A stretch of 36,031 nt of DNA from the IMG/VR virus record IMGVR_UViG_3300006169_000014, positions 1 to 36,031 of that record. One strand, written 5' to 3'. Positions 34,104 through 36,031 of this stretch are shown here, one piece after another (position 1 is the stretch's first letter; the number at the start of each line of letters is the position of its first letter). The position numbers and the translations under genes are program-made. This stretch comes from a virus. Taxonomy: Duplodnaviria; Caudoviricetes. Under the pieces are notes generated by a model. That model did no database searches and was not told the origin of the DNA. It was given only the letters and a program-made list of their open reading frames with translations.

Positions 34104-34543
34104 GCGTCGAAGACAAGAAGAGCGCCGACCTCGAGAAGTTCCTGCGTGGGCTCGACCTCGAGGTCACCGTCGGCATCCACGAAGAGGAGGGCGCCGAGGA
34201 GCACGGAGACCTCACGAACGCCGAGCTCGGGGCCATTCACGAGTTCGGGCTCGGCGTGCCTCAGCGCTCGTTCATTCGCGGCTACTTCGACGAGAACGCC
34301 GCCGAGATTGAGCAGGCGCAGGACGAGGCGCTCAACAACATCGTCTTCGGCGCTGATCCGCGCGCCGAAGCCGAACGGCTCGGGCTCAAGCTCGAGAGCG
34401 GAATGAAGGAACGCATCCTCGCCCGCATCGACCCACCGCTCGCCGAGTCGACCAAGCGGCGGCGCGGCGCGAGCGCGGTGCCGCTCGTCGACACCTCCCA
34501 GCTCCTCGGCGCGGTCCGCAGCAAAGTCACGGTGGGGCGATGA
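34100..34543 (+). CDS. neck / tail completion protein
   Basis: GAIHEFG...PQRSFIR...PPLAEST...PLVDT. Confidence 0.75.
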   Translation: MSVEDKKSADLEKFLRGLDLEVTVGIHEEEGAEEHGDLTNAELGAIHEFGLGVPQRSFIRGYFDENAAEIEQAQDEALNNIVFGADPRAEAERLGLKLESGMKERILARIDPPLAESTKRRRGASAVPLVDTSQLLGAVRSKVTVGR

Positions 34544-35133
34544 CGCCGCGCGACGTCGTCAAAGCGGCGGCGCTGCTCGCCGCGCGCCACGCCTGGCCCA
34601 CGCTGCCCACCTCGCTCGTGCGCTGGAGCGACGAGGCCCAGAGCCAGGGCGAGGGCGATCAGCCGCACGTCACGATGAGCACCATCTCGCACGTGCCGGA
34701 GGGCCCCGTCAGCAAGCTGCGACGGCACGACTCGAGCACCAATCAGCTGCGCGTGTACCTGCTCCAGACCTTCATTTGGACCGTCGAGTTCAAGTGCGAG
34801 GGCTGGAAGCTCGACTCTGCCGAGAACAATAACCCGATCCTCTTCGCGCAGCGCATGCGCTTCGGGTGGTACCTGCAGGCGGTCACGGCGTCGCTGCTCG
34901 ACCCGGACTCCGCCGAGGACCAGCGCTGCCCGGTCAAGATGGTCGACGAGGTCGGCCAGGTCCTCACGGTCAACCAACGCACGCGCGGCCACACGCTGCC
35001 CGTGCTCGTCTACGAGATCGAGTTTAGCTACGTCGAGCGCGACTCCGATCCCACGCCCGTCGACATCATCGAGAGCGTCGCGCTGTCGGGTGCCATCGAC
35101 GGCGCCGACGTCGACATCACCACGGAGAGCTGA
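34540..35133 (+). CDS. neck / tail terminator-like protein
   Basis: 197 aa; synteny before the sheath gene. Confidence 0.55.
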   Translation: MTPRDVVKAAALLAARHAWPTLPTSLVRWSDEAQSQGEGDQPHVTMSTISHVPEGPVSKLRRHDSSTNQLRVYLLQTFIWTVEFKCEGWKLDSAENNNPILFAQRMRFGWYLQAVTASLLDPDSAEDQRCPVKMVDEVGQVLTVNQRTRGHTLPVLVYEIEFSYVERDSDPTPVDIIESVALSGAIDGADVDITTES

Positions 35134-35139
35134 ACCCGC

Positions 35140-35652
35140 ATGAACCTCACAGAGCTACAGAGCAAGGGCCTGGCGGATCTCTACCCGCCGCTCCAGACGC
35201 GGTCGGGCGCCAAGATCCAGACGAACGACGTGCGCGCCGAGCTCGGCGAGGGCGGCCTCGCCGTCTCGATCAAGACGCTGTTCCCGCCATCCGATCGGCG
35301 CGTGACGAAGCTCGTCGTCACGGAGCTCGACGGTGGTTACCACGTGCGGCCCGTCGAGGCCGAGGGCACTCCGGACGCGCAGCGGTTCGCCGAACGCCTG
35401 CGAGATCGCTTCCTCCAGCAGGCGCCCGACGAGCCGATGGCTCCCCTCGTGCTCGTCCGCGACGGCGAGAACCGTTACGGCTTCCGTGTCGCTCGGGCAG
35501 CGCGGCAGGACGTGCTCGCGCCGCCGACGGAGCTCGAGGGGGACCAGGCGACACCAGAACCCCGCGAACGCCCTTTCCTCACGGAGCCCGCGACCCCTGC
35601 GGGCAGACGAGCCACCGCGGCAGCGAAGCACACCGAGAAGGGAGATAGCTGA
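35140..35652 (+). CDS. hypothetical protein
   Basis: 170 aa; TGATG coupling to the sheath gene. Confidence 0.6.
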   Translation: MNLTELQSKGLADLYPPLQTRSGAKIQTNDVRAELGEGGLAVSIKTLFPPSDRRVTKLVVTELDGGYHVRPVEAEGTPDAQRFAERLRDRFLQQAPDEPMAPLVLVRDGENRYGFRVARAARQDVLAPPTELEGDQATPEPRERPFLTEPATPAGRRATAAAKHTEKGDS

Positions 35653-36031
35653 TGGCGTCCATCGACAACGTCGTCGGATTCAACATCCTCATCCAGGACG
35701 CGGCGCCGAGCCGTTCTAGCTTCGGCACCATCGCGGTCATCGCGCACAACACCGTCAGCCCGGACCGCCTCGTCTACGACACGACGCCCGACGGGCGCGC
35801 TGCGATGCTCGTCGACGGGTTCCCCGCCACCCACGATGCCGTCCGCAAGAACGCCGCGATCGGCGCCCAGAGCCCGAAGGTCCCGCGCATCAAGATCTAC
35901 AACCGCGCGGCGCCGAACGCGCAGGCCCTGACGCTGACGCCCACCGTCACGACACCCGGACGCAAGTACGAGTTCGAAATCAACGGCGTCACCATCTCGT
36001 ACACCAACGGGCCGAGCGAGACGGCGACGAC
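35652..36031 (+). CDS. tail sheath protein (DUF3383-like), partial
   Basis: manual translation MASIDNVVGFNILIQDAAPSRSSFGTIAVIA...AQSPKVPRIKI; AAGGGAG RBS; open to window end. Confidence 0.7.
   Translation, partial: MASIDNVVGFNILIQDAAPSRSSFGTIAVIAHNTVSPDRLVYDTTPDGRAAMLVDGFPATHDAVRKNAAIGAQSPKVPRIKIYNRAAPNAQALTLTPTVTTPGRKYEFEINGVTISYTNGPSETAT

Overview
This high-GC window (about 70% by eye) is about 36 kb of a temperate tailed phage, probably a myovirus (DUF1073 portal, DUF2213 protease/scaffold, DUF2184 capsid, start of a DUF3383-type sheath). A myxobacterial or other deltaproteobacterial host is inferred, not shown. Positions 1-23.1 kb are an almost gap-free, translationally coupled minus-strand arm: excisionase-like gene, tyrosine integrase, sigma and enhancer-binding-protein-like regulators, a Mom-like protein plus C5 methyltransferase, HerA-like ATPase, ASCH, beta-clamp-like protein, nuclease, SNF2 helicase, RuvC, replication initiator with internal iterons, helicase loader, a CxxCxGxG zinc-finger protein and a probable annealing protein. 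A switch region with an XRE repressor follows, then a 10-bp-phased repeat array and the plus-strand packaging, head and neck genes. Main observations: (1) attP, the 3' half of tRNA-Arg(UCU), lies inside the integrase ORF, so integration should swap the integrase C-terminus and cut about 19 kb of early genes from their presumed promoter. (2) The C5 methyltransferase is encoded in two fully overlapping frames beside a Mom-like gene. (3) The head module has a recurring T-L-D-(A/S) candidate maturation motif, a P-loop kinase-like domain fused to the protease/scaffold, and a CCC-TGA +1 frameshift candidate on the capsid gene. (4) The phage carries FliA-, sigma-4- and FleQ/Fis-like regulator domains. 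All family calls come from motif recognition by eye; no database searches were run.
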